From contig OY970067.1 of NCBI GenBank assembly GCA_963705305.1, positions 3,680,001 to 3,744,000 of the forward strand: 64,000 nt of DNA, given 5' to 3'. This DNA comes from an uncultured Methylomirabilota bacterium. GTDB taxonomy: Bacteria; Methylomirabilota; Methylomirabilia; Methylomirabilales; 2-02-FULL-66-22. Below are positions 17,802 to 27,556 of this stretch, in pieces. Position numbers and translations under genes: made by a program. Position 1 is the first letter of the stretch. Every line of letters starts with the position of its first letter. The notes beneath the pieces were generated by a model. That model was not told the DNA's origin and searched no databases. It saw nothing but the letters and a program-made list of their open reading frames with translations.

Positions 17802-19676
17802 TCAGAACTCCCGCAGCGACTCGTGGGTCCCCTTGTGGACCTCGTACCAGAAGGCCAGCGCCGCCTCCCCCCGATCCTTCTCGAAATCCTCGACCCACTT
17901 GGCCAGCGACACGTCCTTGTCTCCCTCCACCACCTGCTTTCGCTTCAGGAAGGTGGAGACGAGATCCACATTGCGCTCCGACTCCCAGAAGACGGAGGCG
18001 TTCCGGCTGTTGATGCGGCTGGCGGTGGTCCCGATCCGGTGGAGGAAGGCCTCCTTCTGACCGAAGAGGGTCCCGACGATCTCGGGCAGCATCTCCTCGG
18101 CCCACATGCGGTGAAAGCGGCACATCCCCAGGTTGTCCATGATCAGCTCGTCGCGGAAGTGCTGGGCGTTGATGCGCCCCAGCTTTCGCGGAGGCATGAA
18201 CTCGGCGCCGTAGTAGTTGTAGTACTTTCCCATGATGGCCATGGGGGAGAGGACGCCCGGCGTCCAGTACTGGTTGGGCACCATCCAGCCCTTGCGGCCG
18301 AAGGCGGTGAACACAAAGGGGTCCAGAACCTTCCGGCCCCTCTCCCGCGCCAGCCGCCGCGCCAGCTTGCGCGCCCCTTCCGTCAGGTCGAGCACGCCCC
18401 GCTTGCCGATGATGGCGTCCAGGAGCTCGACCCCCAGGTCGGCGTTGTGCGCGGAATCGGATTCCACGCTGAATCCCTTAGGGGAGAAGACGGGGCGGCG
18501 GCTTGCGCCCAGGTCTTCCGGCCGCAGCCGATCCGTCGCCAGGCACTCCATGAGCCAGCCCAGGACCCCGCCGATGGAAATAGCGTCAAAGCCATAGGCG
18601 TCGGCATGGTGGTTCAGCTTTTCGGCGGCGCGCTGGTCGAAGATCCCGCACAGCGGGCCCATGGCCTGATACGGCTCGTAGTCCTTTTTGTACTCGTCCC
18701 GCATCTTCTTGCACACGGCCGAGCACGGCTCGCCGCAGGTGTGCTGCTGCTTGCGCTCGATGGTCTCCTCGTTGAACTGCTGCAGATAGTGGTCCACGAT
18801 GAGCTTCTGGTGCAAATCCAGCCGCTCTTCCTCGGAGAGAAAAATGCTGGAGTAGTTGAAGCCGATGATCCGGCCTCCCAGGGTGGCATAGTTGACGCCG
18901 AGCGTCCCCCCGGTGTTGAACTTTGGATCGAAGCGGTACTTCACGGTGGCGTCAAGATCGGCGGCGCCAAGCTTCTTTTGGTACTTGTCCTCGAACCACT
19001 GGTCGGCCACCTTCCGGTCGCGGAAGTCCTCGTCCACGAACGTCCCGCCGTAGATGACGGCGGCGATGCCGTGCTGCTGGAGCATCTTGCTGCCGAAGCC
19101 GCCCCGTCCGGCCCAGGTATCCACGCGGGCCAGTTGGGCGTGTGAGATCGGGACCGAGCCGATGGCGCCGAAATCGGTCGCCTGCGCCGCGGGGCCGACG
19201 GCCAGGACGCGCGGGTCGGTCATGTAGCGGCCGCCGAAGCGCTCGAAGGTGTGGTCCAGCAGCGCGTAGATTCCCCCCCGGCCCTGGTTCCAGACCGCCG
19301 TGACGTCCACGGGGACGATCTGCACCTCGACCTCCTCCCCGTGCACGCGGTTGAGATACAGGATGGAAGGTGTGGGAGCCTTGCCGACGAGGGACACCAT
19401 GTTGATGCCAAGGTTATCGAAGACCAGACCTGCCCCGCCCATGGACGAGACGTAGAAACCGCCCCAGCAGGGTGAGAAGCCGGTGAAGATGAGCCGATTG
19501 GAGCCGGGGAAGATGGAGCCGGCCAACAGCCCCACGCCGATGTTCAGACTGTTGTGTTTCCCGGCCAGGTGGAGGCCCAGGTCGACCGGGCCGAAGAAGT
19601 CCCCCACGCGATATCGCGCAATCCGGTAGAATCCGCTGGCGGCGTCGACGAAGAGAACCCGCTGATGACCATCCAT
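17802..19676 (-). CDS. Aldehyde:ferredoxin oxidoreductase family W/Mo enzyme, GAPOR-like
   Basis: SSMGGAG, VGPAA, WAGRGGFGS, TVKYRFDPKFNTGGTLG.NY, CGEPCSAVCKK, YEPY, GFDAI, DNLGMCRFHR.W, VFWES. Confidence 0.85.
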   Translation of the reverse strand: MDGHQRVLFVDAASGFYRIARYRVGDFFGPVDLGLHLAGKHNSLNIGVGLLAGSIFPGSNRLIFTGFSPCWGGFYVSSMGGAGLVFDNLGINMVSLVGKAPTPSILYLNRVHGEEVEVQIVPVDVTAVWNQGRGGIYALLDHTFERFGGRYMTDPRVLAVGPAAQATDFGAIGSVPISHAQLARVDTWAGRGGFGSKMLQQHGIAAVIYGGTFVDEDFRDRKVADQWFEDKYQKKLGAADLDATVKYRFDPKFNTGGTLGVNYATLGGRIIGFNYSSIFLSEEERLDLHQKLIVDHYLQQFNEETIERKQQHTCGEPCSAVCKKMRDEYKKDYEPYQAMGPLCGIFDQRAAEKLNHHADAYGFDAISIGGVLGWLMECLATDRLRPEDLGASRRPVFSPKGFSVESDSAHNADLGVELLDAIIGKRGVLDLTEGARKLARRLARERGRKVLDPFVFTAFGRKGWMVPNQYWTPGVLSPMAIMGKYYNYYGAEFMPPRKLGRINAQHFRDELIMDNLGMCRFHRMWAEEMLPEIVGTLFGQKEAFLHRIGTTASRINSRNASVFWESERNVDLVSTFLKRKQVVEGDKDVSLAKWVEDFEKDRGEAALAFWYEVHKGTHESLREF

Positions 19677-20141
19677 GCGCGCATTCCTTTCATGGGCGAG
19701 GCGAGCGGCATCCGCGCCGGTGCGCCCCCACCCGCCCTTTAGCCGCATTCCGAAAATATCTGACCGCCAAGGCGCCAAGGATGGCATGGCTGGGATAGGC
19801 GGACACCCCGCGACTCGAGCCGCGTCAAGCCCCCCCCGGGACGTTCCGGAGCACGGAGTCGAGCCAGCTGAACTCGATGGAGCGTGAAACCTTGGCGTCA
19901 TGGCGGTTCAAAAGTTTCTTCGGTTCAAGGCTAGATGCTACAGGATTTTCTGTGCGGGCGGCAAGGCGAAAGCGGGGTGAAGCGATCGCGCCAGGTCGAG
20001 GCCGTTGCCGCAGCCGGCCCGCTGTGTTACGCTGCAGGGGCGCGCGTCCCGGGGGAAGGGGCCACCGGCCTGCTTGTCCCGCGCGAAGCCTGCGGCCCCC
20101 GACCGCGTTCCCGGGGGGACGCTCAGACCAGGAGGGTGGCG

Positions 20142-21008
20142 ATGGAGAAACGGCGCTTGGGCCGGACAGGGCAGATGAGCACGGTGGTGGCGCTGGGGGC
20201 GGTCAGTGTCGGCCGGGTGGAGCAGGAAGTGGCGGACCCGGCCATTCAGATGGTGCTGGATCACGGGGTCAACCATTTCGATGTGGCCCCGCGCTACGGC
20301 GAGGCCGAGGTGCGCCTCAAGCCCTGGATGCCCCGCATCCGGAAGCAGATCTTCCTGGGCTGCAAGACCGCACAGCGGACGCGGGACGCCGCCCGGGCCG
20401 AGATGGAGCGCTCGCTGGCGCGCCTCGGCACGGACCGCTTCGATTTGTACCAGCTGCACGCCGTCTGCAAGCTGCCCGAGCTGGACGAGTGCACCGGGAA
20501 AGGGGGCGCCCTGGAGACGCTGATCGAGGCGCGCGAGCAGGGCATCACCAAGTGGCTGGGGATCACGGGGCACACCCATGACGCGCCGCGAACCCATCTG
20601 GAGGCGTTGCGGCGATTCGACTTCGACACCGTGATGTTTCCGCTGAATTTCGTCCTCTGGGCCGACCCGAGCTATCGCCGGGACGTGCAGGCGCTCCTGG
20701 AGGTCTGCCGGCAGCGAGACGTCGGGGTGCACATCATCAAGTCCGTCGCCAAGGACTCGTGGGGAGACCGCCCCCACCGCTTTGCGACCTGGTACGAGCC
20801 GTTCACGGACCAGGCGGTGATCGACCAGGCGGTGGCCTTCGTCCTCTCGCAGTCGGTCACCACCCTGTGCAGCGTAGGGGATGTGACCATCCTGCCCAAG
20901 GTACTCTCGGCAGCCGAGCGGTTCCGGCCCATGGATCCGGCCGCGCAAGAGGCGCTCCTGGCCACGGCGGACCGGTACCACTCCCCCTTCGTCGGAACCT
21001 GGGCCTGA
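20142..21008 (+). CDS. Aldo/keto reductase
   Basis: MEKRRLGRTG, NHFDVAPRYG, CKT, SL.RLGTD.FDLYQLH. Confidence 0.92.
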   Translation: MEKRRLGRTGQMSTVVALGAVSVGRVEQEVADPAIQMVLDHGVNHFDVAPRYGEAEVRLKPWMPRIRKQIFLGCKTAQRTRDAARAEMERSLARLGTDRFDLYQLHAVCKLPELDECTGKGGALETLIEAREQGITKWLGITGHTHDAPRTHLEALRRFDFDTVMFPLNFVLWADPSYRRDVQALLEVCRQRDVGVHIIKSVAKDSWGDRPHRFATWYEPFTDQAVIDQAVAFVLSQSVTTLCSVGDVTILPKVLSAAERFRPMDPAAQEALLATADRYHSPFVGTWA

Positions 21009-21054
21009 GGCCGGGATCGGGGGCGCCACGAGCGCCGGCCGGGAGAGCAGACGC

Positions 21055-21390
21055 ATGGACACCCATCGGGAAGCGAAGCCGCCGTACGAGGTGGAGCGCT
21101 CTGCCCGGCACGCCGAGCGGCCGGGATTCCGCATCACCGAGCTCCAGATCGGATTGCACCAGACGGTCCCCTGGCATCTTCACACCGGGGTCCGGGACAC
21201 CTTCTACGTCCTGGAGGGCCGCATCGGCATTCGGCTGCGGGATCCCGAGGAGGAGATCCGGCTGGCACAGGGGGAAACGCACACGGTTCAGGCCGGGCGG
21301 CCCCATCAGGTGCGGAATGTCGGCGAGGGATCCGCTGTGTTCCTGATCCTGCAGGGCTTCGGCGAGTACGATTTCGTTCCCGTGCCGTGA
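21055..21390 (+). CDS. Cupin domain protein
   Basis: PWHLH...D.FYVLEG...G....V.AG.PH.V.N. Confidence 0.88.
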   Translation: MDTHREAKPPYEVERSARHAERPGFRITELQIGLHQTVPWHLHTGVRDTFYVLEGRIGIRLRDPEEEIRLAQGETHTVQAGRPHQVRNVGEGSAVFLILQGFGEYDFVPVP

Positions 21391-21478
21391 GGGGCTGTCG
21401 TAGGCCCCGGCGGTCCGCGGCCGCGGCGGCATGCGCAGGCCGCGCCGGACACGGGGTAGAAGGAGGGGTCGCACCCGG

Positions 21479-22099
21479 ATGGACATTCTCCCCCTGCTGG
21501 ACGAGCTGCAGGCCCTGGCGCGCACGGGACTCAATTACACGACCGACCCCTACGACCGGGAGCGCTACCAGCGGATCCTGAATCTGGTGAGCCGCCACTA
21601 CGGAGCGATTCTGGACCTGCCGACCGCCGAAGTGCTGGGGCGCTTCCGGACCGAGCTGGGCTACATCACGCCCAAGGTCGGGGCCGAGGCGGCCCTCTTC
21701 GACGAGGACGGCCGCATTCTGCTGGTGCGACGTTCGGACGACGGCCTCTGGTGCCTGCCCTGCGGCTGGGTGGAGCCGGGGGAGTCGCCGGCGGAGGCCG
21801 CCGTGCGCGAGGCGCGGGAGGAGACAGGGCTCCAAGTACGCATCCTCCGGCTGGTGGATGTCTCCACCCGCAAGCCTGCCATGGGGTACGGGCCGCACAC
21901 GGCGATCGCCGTGATCTATCTGTGTGCCGCAGCCGGCGGGTCGCTCTGTGGCTCGCACGAGACGACGGACGCGCGGTACTGGCGGATCGAGGAAGTTCCC
22001 GCCTGGCACGAGCTCCACCGGGGGTATGCCGAGGCCGCCCGCGCCGCCTGGGAGGGATGGCGGGCGGAGCGGGCCGGCGATGGAAAACCGTCAATTTAA
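21479..22099 (+). CDS. NUDIX hydrolase with N-terminal Nudix_N domain
   Basis: [26 protein letters not shown], Nudix box [21 protein letters not shown]. Confidence 0.92.
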   Translation: MDILPLLDELQALARTGLNYTTDPYDRERYQRILNLVSRHYGAILDLPTAEVLGRFRTELGYITPKVGAEAALFDEDGRILLVRRSDDGLWCLPCGWVEPGESPAEAAVREAREETGLQVRILRLVDVSTRKPAMGYGPHTAIAVIYLCAAAGGSLCGSHETTDARYWRIEEVPAWHELHRGYAEAARAAWEGWRAERAGDGKPSI

Positions 22100-22200
22100 A
22101 ACCGACGATGCAAAACCGACAACCGAGGAACGGAAGCCGGCCAAGAGGAAACATCGACAGCCGACGATGGATAGAGGACCGACAGGTGACAACCGATCCG
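22084..22200 (+). repeat. Degenerate heptamer-periodic repeat (AAAACCG/ACAACCG/ACGATG)
   Basis: aaaaccg tcaattt aaaaccg acgatgc aaaaccg acaaccg aggaacg gaagccg ... acagccg acgatgg ... acaggtg acaaccg. Confidence 0.55.
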
Positions 22201-22247
22201 CGCGTGGTGGAATAACCGGTTAATGAGGTGGTCCGGGAGGGAGGGGT

Positions 22248-23432
22248 ATGGACTGGCAGTCCAAGTACGCTAAGAGGATGGAGCGGGTCCAGCCGTCAGC
22301 CATCATGGCTCTGGTCAAGGTGCTGGGCGAACGGCAGGTGGTGAATTTCGCATCGGGCCTGCCGGATCCGGCCGGGTTCCCCGTGGAGACGCTCCGATCG
22401 CTTGCCGCCGAGATCCTGGAGACGGACTGGCGGGCAGGCCTGCAATACGGCGAGGCGGAAGGGTACCGGCCGCTCCGCGAGTGGGTGGCCGCCGATCTCA
22501 GCCTGCGGGGCGCCCCCACATCGGCGGAGCAGGTCTTGATCGTCAGCGGCTCGCAGCAGGGGATCGATCTCGTCGGCCGCGCCTTCCTCCAGCAGGGAGA
22601 CGTGGTCCTCACCGAGGATCCCAGCTACCTGGCGGCCCTGCAAGTCTTCGGCTCGTTCGAGGCCAGCATTCGACCGCTGCCCATGGACGGTCAAGGACTC
22701 GATCCCGAGGCGGCTGCGGCGGCCCTCTCGCAGGCGGGGGTCAAGCTGCTCTATACCATGCCGAACCATCAGAACCCCTCCGGCATCACGCCGGCCCCGG
22801 AGCGGCGCCGAGGCCTGCTCGAGGCCGCCGCCAGGGCCGGCGTGCCCGTGTTGGCCGACGAGGCCTATCTTCATCTCCGTTACGACGCCGGTGAGCCGGA
22901 GCCGCTGGCGGCATGCGATCCGGACGTCCCCATCATCACCGCGGGCACGTTCAGTAAGATTATCGCCCCCGGAATGCGGGTGGCTTGGCTGGCCGGCCCG
23001 CAAGCGGTGATCCAGCGTCTGGCACTGGTGAAGCAGGTCACCGATCTCCACACCAATTCTTTCGCCCAACGGTTGGTGCATCGCTGCGTTTCCACGATGG
23101 ACCTCTCGGCTCACGTGAAAAGACTGCGGGACGCCTTCCGGGAAAAGCGGGATGCCTTCCTGCTCGCGCTGGATGTGCATCTGGCGGGGCAGGCCACCTG
23201 GACCCGCCCGGCAGGCGGGATGTTTCTCCTGCTGTGCCTCCCCCAGGGGCGGTCGGCCACCAAGCTGCTCGAAAAGGCGCTGGATCATGGGGTAGCCTAT
23301 GTTCCCGGCGCTGATTTCTTCCCGGCCGGCGGCGGGGAGAACAGCATGCGCTTGAACTTTCTGAGCCCCCCGCTCTCGGATATCGATGAGGGAGTGGCAA
23401 GACTATCAAAGGCTGTTAAAATTGATAGTTAG
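22248..23432 (+). CDS. PLP-dependent class I/II aminotransferase (LysN/ARO8-like)
   Basis: LQYG, SGSQQG.DL, QNPSG, DEAY, GTFSK.IAPGMR, GGMF, MRLNF. Confidence 0.93.
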   Translation: MDWQSKYAKRMERVQPSAIMALVKVLGERQVVNFASGLPDPAGFPVETLRSLAAEILETDWRAGLQYGEAEGYRPLREWVAADLSLRGAPTSAEQVLIVSGSQQGIDLVGRAFLQQGDVVLTEDPSYLAALQVFGSFEASIRPLPMDGQGLDPEAAAAALSQAGVKLLYTMPNHQNPSGITPAPERRRGLLEAAARAGVPVLADEAYLHLRYDAGEPEPLAACDPDVPIITAGTFSKIIAPGMRVAWLAGPQAVIQRLALVKQVTDLHTNSFAQRLVHRCVSTMDLSAHVKRLRDAFREKRDAFLLALDVHLAGQATWTRPAGGMFLLLCLPQGRSATKLLEKALDHGVAYVPGADFFPAGGGENSMRLNFLSPPLSDIDEGVARLSKAVKIDS

Positions 23433-23682
23433 GATGCTCACTTCTAGTTGATTTTGAAAAATATCACCGTTAACATTTGGATAATGAACAGGAGTTAAGT
23501 TGATTCGAATATTTTCGTTGTGTATCGTTTAATAGACATTAGGTAATCTTCATATCATATTTAAAATAAATGATTAAAATAGTATTATGATTGAGCTTGA
23601 TTTGGACGACATGCATGTATCTTAACGTCGGTGGAGGAATCACGCACAGTTGCCACGGAGAACAAGCGGAGACAGCCAGCCG

Positions 23683-24561
23683 ATGATCCGAATCACGCGA
23701 GATCACATCGTGTACTCGCTGGACAAAGCCCATCCGCCGGTGGCCGCCATCGACCCGGGGGATGAGGTCTGCTTCGAGACCTGGGACGCCCGAACAGGAT
23801 CCATCAAGACCGAGTGGGACCTGCTGGACACACCCCACCCCATGGGTCCGAATCCGGCGACCGGCCCCGTCTTTGTGCGCGGCGCCGAGCCGGGAGATGC
23901 CCTGGTCGTCAGCATTCTGGACATCAGCCTGGCCGGCCAGGGCTACACGGGCACCCGACCCGGCCGGGGTGTCCTGGGGCACCTCATCAGCCGTCACCGC
24001 ACCAGGCTCTTTCCCATCGTGGATGGGATGGTGATGTTCAGCGAGCGCATCCATTTTCCGGTCCGGCCCATGGTCGGCGTGATCGGCACGGCGCCGGCCG
24101 GAGATGGGGTGGGCACCCTGTATCCCGGCACCCACGGCGGCAACATGGACCATAACGATGTGTGTGTGGGCGCCACGGTGCATCTGCCGGTGCGGGTTCC
24201 CGGAGGACAGCTGTTCATCGGCAACGTCCACGCCAGCATGGGGGACGGCGAGATCTCGATCACCGCCCTGGAGATTCCCGGCGAGGTCCGGGTCCGCGTG
24301 GATCTGCGGAGAGGCGAGGAGATCCCACGGCCGTGGATCGAATTCCCGGATCGCTGGATCACGACCGGGGACGGGCCGGGGATCACCGAGGCCGTGCGCG
24401 TGGCCGCCGAGGAGATGGCCTCCCTGCTCATGCGCCGTCTGAACCTCTCGGCCGACGAGGCCTACATGCTCCTCTCCATCCGGGGCGACGTTCGGGTGTC
24501 GCAGTGCGCCGAGCCGGCGATGCTGGCCGCCACCGCGCGCGTGGTCATGCCGCGGCTCTGA
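23683..24561 (+). CDS. Acetamidase/formamidase family protein
   Basis: NPATGPVFVRGAEPGD, PMVGVIGTAP, HGGNMD, HASMGDGE. Confidence 0.9.
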   Translation: MIRITRDHIVYSLDKAHPPVAAIDPGDEVCFETWDARTGSIKTEWDLLDTPHPMGPNPATGPVFVRGAEPGDALVVSILDISLAGQGYTGTRPGRGVLGHLISRHRTRLFPIVDGMVMFSERIHFPVRPMVGVIGTAPAGDGVGTLYPGTHGGNMDHNDVCVGATVHLPVRVPGGQLFIGNVHASMGDGEISITALEIPGEVRVRVDLRRGEEIPRPWIEFPDRWITTGDGPGITEAVRVAAEEMASLLMRRLNLSADEAYMLLSIRGDVRVSQCAEPAMLAATARVVMPRL

Positions 24562-24581
24562 CGCCGCCCCGTCGGGTCATC

Positions 24582-24857
24582 ATGCCGTTCGTCTATCTCT
24601 TGCAGTGTCGCGACGGCTCCCTCTACACGGGCGTCACCACGGACCTGGCGCGCCGCCTGGCGGAGCACGCGGCGGGGCGCGGCTCGCGCTATACGCGGGC
24701 GCGCCTGCCGGTTGTCCTGGTCTGGAGCCGCCGCCGGGCCTCCTGGAGCGCGGCCCTGCGCGAGGAATCTCGGATCAAGCGCTTGCCGCGCTCGGCAAAG
24801 CTGCTCCTGGTGTCGGGTCGGCAGAAGGCCCGGGGGCGTGCGCGGAGCGCCACGTGA
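24582..24857 (+). CDS. Short GIY-YIG nuclease (UPF0213/YhbQ-like)
   Basis: FVYLLQC.DGSLYTGVTTDL.RR...H..G.GSRYT..R.P, A...E..IK. Confidence 0.92.
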   Translation: MPFVYLLQCRDGSLYTGVTTDLARRLAEHAAGRGSRYTRARLPVVLVWSRRRASWSAALREESRIKRLPRSAKLLLVSGRQKARGRARSAT

Positions 24858-26692
24858 GCCCGCTTCCTCTCTTGAGCTGCGAAAATGTCCGCAAGACCTT
24901 CGGCAGCCAGCCGTTGTTCGACGGTCTATCCCTGGCCCTTTTGGAGGGGGATCGTGTGGGCCTGGTCGGCCCCAACGGCTCCGGCAAGACGACCCTACTC
25001 AGGATCCTGGCCGGACTCGAGACGCCGGATGCCGGAGCACGGTCGCAGCGGAGGCTGCTCCGCCTGGGCTATGTGCCGCAGGATCCGATCTTTCCCGAGG
25101 ACCGCTCGGTCGAGGCAATCCTCCGCGAGGCGCTGGCGGCGGAGCGGCTGGAGGACTTCGAGGCCGCCGGTCGGATCGCAGTCACGCTGGGCCGGGCGGG
25201 GATCGCGGACCCTGCGCGGCGGGCGGGCGAGATGTCGGCCGGCTGGCGCAAGCGCTTGGCCATTGCCCGCGAGCTGGTGAAGGCGCCCGACGTCCTGCTC
25301 TTGGACGAGCCGACGAATCATCTGGATCTGGAGGGAGTGCTGTGGCTGGAGGCGCTCCTTCAGGCCAACGTCCCGGCCTACCTGGTGGTGAGCCATGACC
25401 GGTATTTCCTGGAGCACGTCGCCTCTCGCGTCCTGGAGTTGAACCGATGCTACCCGGGCGGGCTGTTCGAGGCGGAGGGGTCGTACAGCGCGTTCCTGCT
25501 GAGGCGGGAGGAGTTTTTGGAGCGCCAGGCGACCCAGCAGGAGACGCTTGCCAACAAGGTCCGCCGCGAGGTGGAATGGCTGCGCCGCGGCGCCAAGGCC
25601 CGCACCCGCAAGGCCTCGGCGCGCATCCGGGCGGCCGGACAGCTCATCCAGGAGCTGGCCGAGGTCCGGGATCGCATGGCCACGGCCGCCGTCGGGATCG
25701 ACCTGACCGCCTCCGATCGCAGATCCAAGAAGCTGCTGGTGGCGCAGGGGCTGGCGAAATCCCTTGGAGGCCGCCCCGTCCTGGACGGCGTCACCCTGAC
25801 GCTTCGGCCCGGGATGCGGCTGGGCCTCCTGGGGGCGAGCGGCAGCGGGAAGAGCACGCTCCTCGATCTGCTGGGCGGTCGCGTCCCCCCCGACGGCGGA
25901 ACCATCGAGTGCGCGGAGGGGTTGCGCGTCGTCCGGTTCGATCAGGAGCGCGATCAGCCAGACTCCGAGATGACGCTGCGGCGCGCCCTGGCGCCTGCGG
26001 GGGACACGGTGATGTTCCGGGATCGGCCGGTCCACGTGGCCTCCTGGGCCAAGCGCTTCCTCTTCCGGCCGGAGCAGCTCGAGCTCGCCGTCGGCCGGCT
26101 CTCGGGAGGAGAGCGGGCGCGCGTCCGCCTCGCCCGGCTCATGCTCCAGCCCGCCGATGTCCTGCTCTTGGACGAGCCCACCAACGATCTGGACATCCCG
26201 ACCCTGGAGGTTCTGGAGGAGAATCTGGCCGATTTTCCGGGCGCGCTGGTGCTGATCACGCGCGATCGCTTCCTCCTCGAGCGGGTCGCGACGCTGATTC
26301 TGGCGCTGGACGGGGCCGGCCGGGCGACCTTCTATGCGGACTACGCCCAGTGGGATGCATGGCGGGGGGAGGCCGAGGCGACGCGGCGGCCGGCGCCTCC
26401 GGATGCCTTGCGGCCGGCGGGCGGGGAGCGCCCGGCGCTGCCGGGCGGCCCGGACCCGAAGCGGCTGACGTACCTGGAGAAGCGCGAGTGGGAGGAGATG
26501 GAGGCGCGGATCCTGGAGGCCGAGACAGCGCAGCGGGAGGCGGAGGCGGCGCTGGAGGATCCGGCCGTGGCCTCCGATCCGGACATCCTGCAATCCCGCT
26601 TCCGGGTCTGCCAGTCGGCGCGCGCCGAGGTGGAGCGGCTGTACGCCCGCTGGGCCGAGCTGGAGGCCAAGCAGCGGGGCGAGGGCGGGTAA
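24854..26692 (+). CDS. uup: ABC-F family ATPase, Uup-like
   Basis: Two ABC domains (GPNGSGKT, GASGSGKS), DEPTNHLD and DEPTNDLD, E.EWLRRG.KAR..K linker, C-terminal coiled coil ending LYARW.ELE. Confidence 0.9.
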   Translation: MSPLPLLSCENVRKTFGSQPLFDGLSLALLEGDRVGLVGPNGSGKTTLLRILAGLETPDAGARSQRRLLRLGYVPQDPIFPEDRSVEAILREALAAERLEDFEAAGRIAVTLGRAGIADPARRAGEMSAGWRKRLAIARELVKAPDVLLLDEPTNHLDLEGVLWLEALLQANVPAYLVVSHDRYFLEHVASRVLELNRCYPGGLFEAEGSYSAFLLRREEFLERQATQQETLANKVRREVEWLRRGAKARTRKASARIRAAGQLIQELAEVRDRMATAAVGIDLTASDRRSKKLLVAQGLAKSLGGRPVLDGVTLTLRPGMRLGLLGASGSGKSTLLDLLGGRVPPDGGTIECAEGLRVVRFDQERDQPDSEMTLRRALAPAGDTVMFRDRPVHVASWAKRFLFRPEQLELAVGRLSGGERARVRLARLMLQPADVLLLDEPTNDLDIPTLEVLEENLADFPGALVLITRDRFLLERVATLILALDGAGRATFYADYAQWDAWRGEAEATRRPAPPDALRPAGGERPALPGGPDPKRLTYLEKREWEEMEARILEAETAQREAEAALEDPAVASDPDILQSRFRVCQSARAEVERLYARWAELEAKQRGEGG

Positions 26693-26794
26693 GCCGCCCC
26701 GAGGCGCTTGGGAAACGCCTCCAGATGCCTTAGAATAAGACCGGAGACAACGCCCCGGGGTTCGCGAATCGGCGGGAGGGGAGGAGGGCGAGCC

Positions 26795-27466
26795 ATGGCG
26801 CATCGGGCACGACAGCTTTTGGACGAAGCGCGAAAGGCGATCGCGGCCACCGAAAAGCGGATTCGCCGCCACCCCTACGTGGCGGCGCTGGAGGCCCGCC
26901 AGGTGGCGAAAGAGAGGCTGGCGCTGTTCGCCGGCCAGCAGTGTCACATCATCGAGAGCGACCTGCGGAGCGTGGCCCTGATGGTGTGCCGGGCGGAGTC
27001 GCAGGGCGCGCGGGACTTTCTCGCCGGGATGCTTCAGGGGGAGCGCGCCGCCCTGGAGGCGCTGGAGCCTTTCGGCCAGGCCCTGGGCCTGCTGCCGGAA
27101 GAGCTGTATTCGGCCGAGCCGCTCGCGGGGGCGTTTGCCTACAGCGCGTATGTCACCTGGCTCGCCACCTACGGGACGGACGGGGAGTTCGTGGGGGCTT
27201 TTCTGGTCAACCTGGAGGCCTGGGGCGAGAACTGCGGCCGGATCAGTCGCGCGCTCCGATCGAGCTACGGCCTGGCCGCTCAAGACGTGGCCTTCTTCGA
27301 TCTGTTTGCCGGCGCGCCGCCCGGATTCGAGGAGCAGGGCCTGGCGGTGGTGGAGGAAGCCCTGGCGCACGGAGCGGATCCCGGGCGCATCCGGCGCGCC
27401 GCCCGTCTGCTGCAAGGTTTTGAATTGCTTTACTGGGACACCATGTGGGAGGTTTCCAAAGGCTGA
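26795..27466 (+). CDS. TenA/heme-oxygenase-like fold protein
   Basis: Helical protein with HPY, FAGQQ..II.SD, AY.AY.TWLA, E...WD. Confidence 0.7.
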   Translation: MAHRARQLLDEARKAIAATEKRIRRHPYVAALEARQVAKERLALFAGQQCHIIESDLRSVALMVCRAESQGARDFLAGMLQGERAALEALEPFGQALGLLPEELYSAEPLAGAFAYSAYVTWLATYGTDGEFVGAFLVNLEAWGENCGRISRALRSSYGLAAQDVAFFDLFAGAPPGFEEQGLAVVEEALAHGADPGRIRRAARLLQGFELLYWDTMWEVSKG

Positions 27467-27556
27467 CCGCGGCGGGACGCGCCGGCGCGGAGCGGGTCGC
27501 AGAGGAGCGCCGGTCGTCCGGGGCGGGGGTGCTCGAGCGAGGAAGGAGGAGGTGCG

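Noticed and set aside
16018..22200. Heptamer tracts as CRISPR arrays
   Set aside because: Period of 7 nt with no unique spacers and no cas genes.
24582..24857. GIY-YIG nuclease as the mobiliser of the hairpin cassettes
   Set aside because: It looks like an ordinary UPF0213 protein in an operon with uup and is not flanked by any of the hairpins, so there is no local evidence.
26693..26794. TPP riboswitch upstream of the TenA-like gene
   Set aside because: No CTGAGA or ACCTGAT...AGGGA core is visible.
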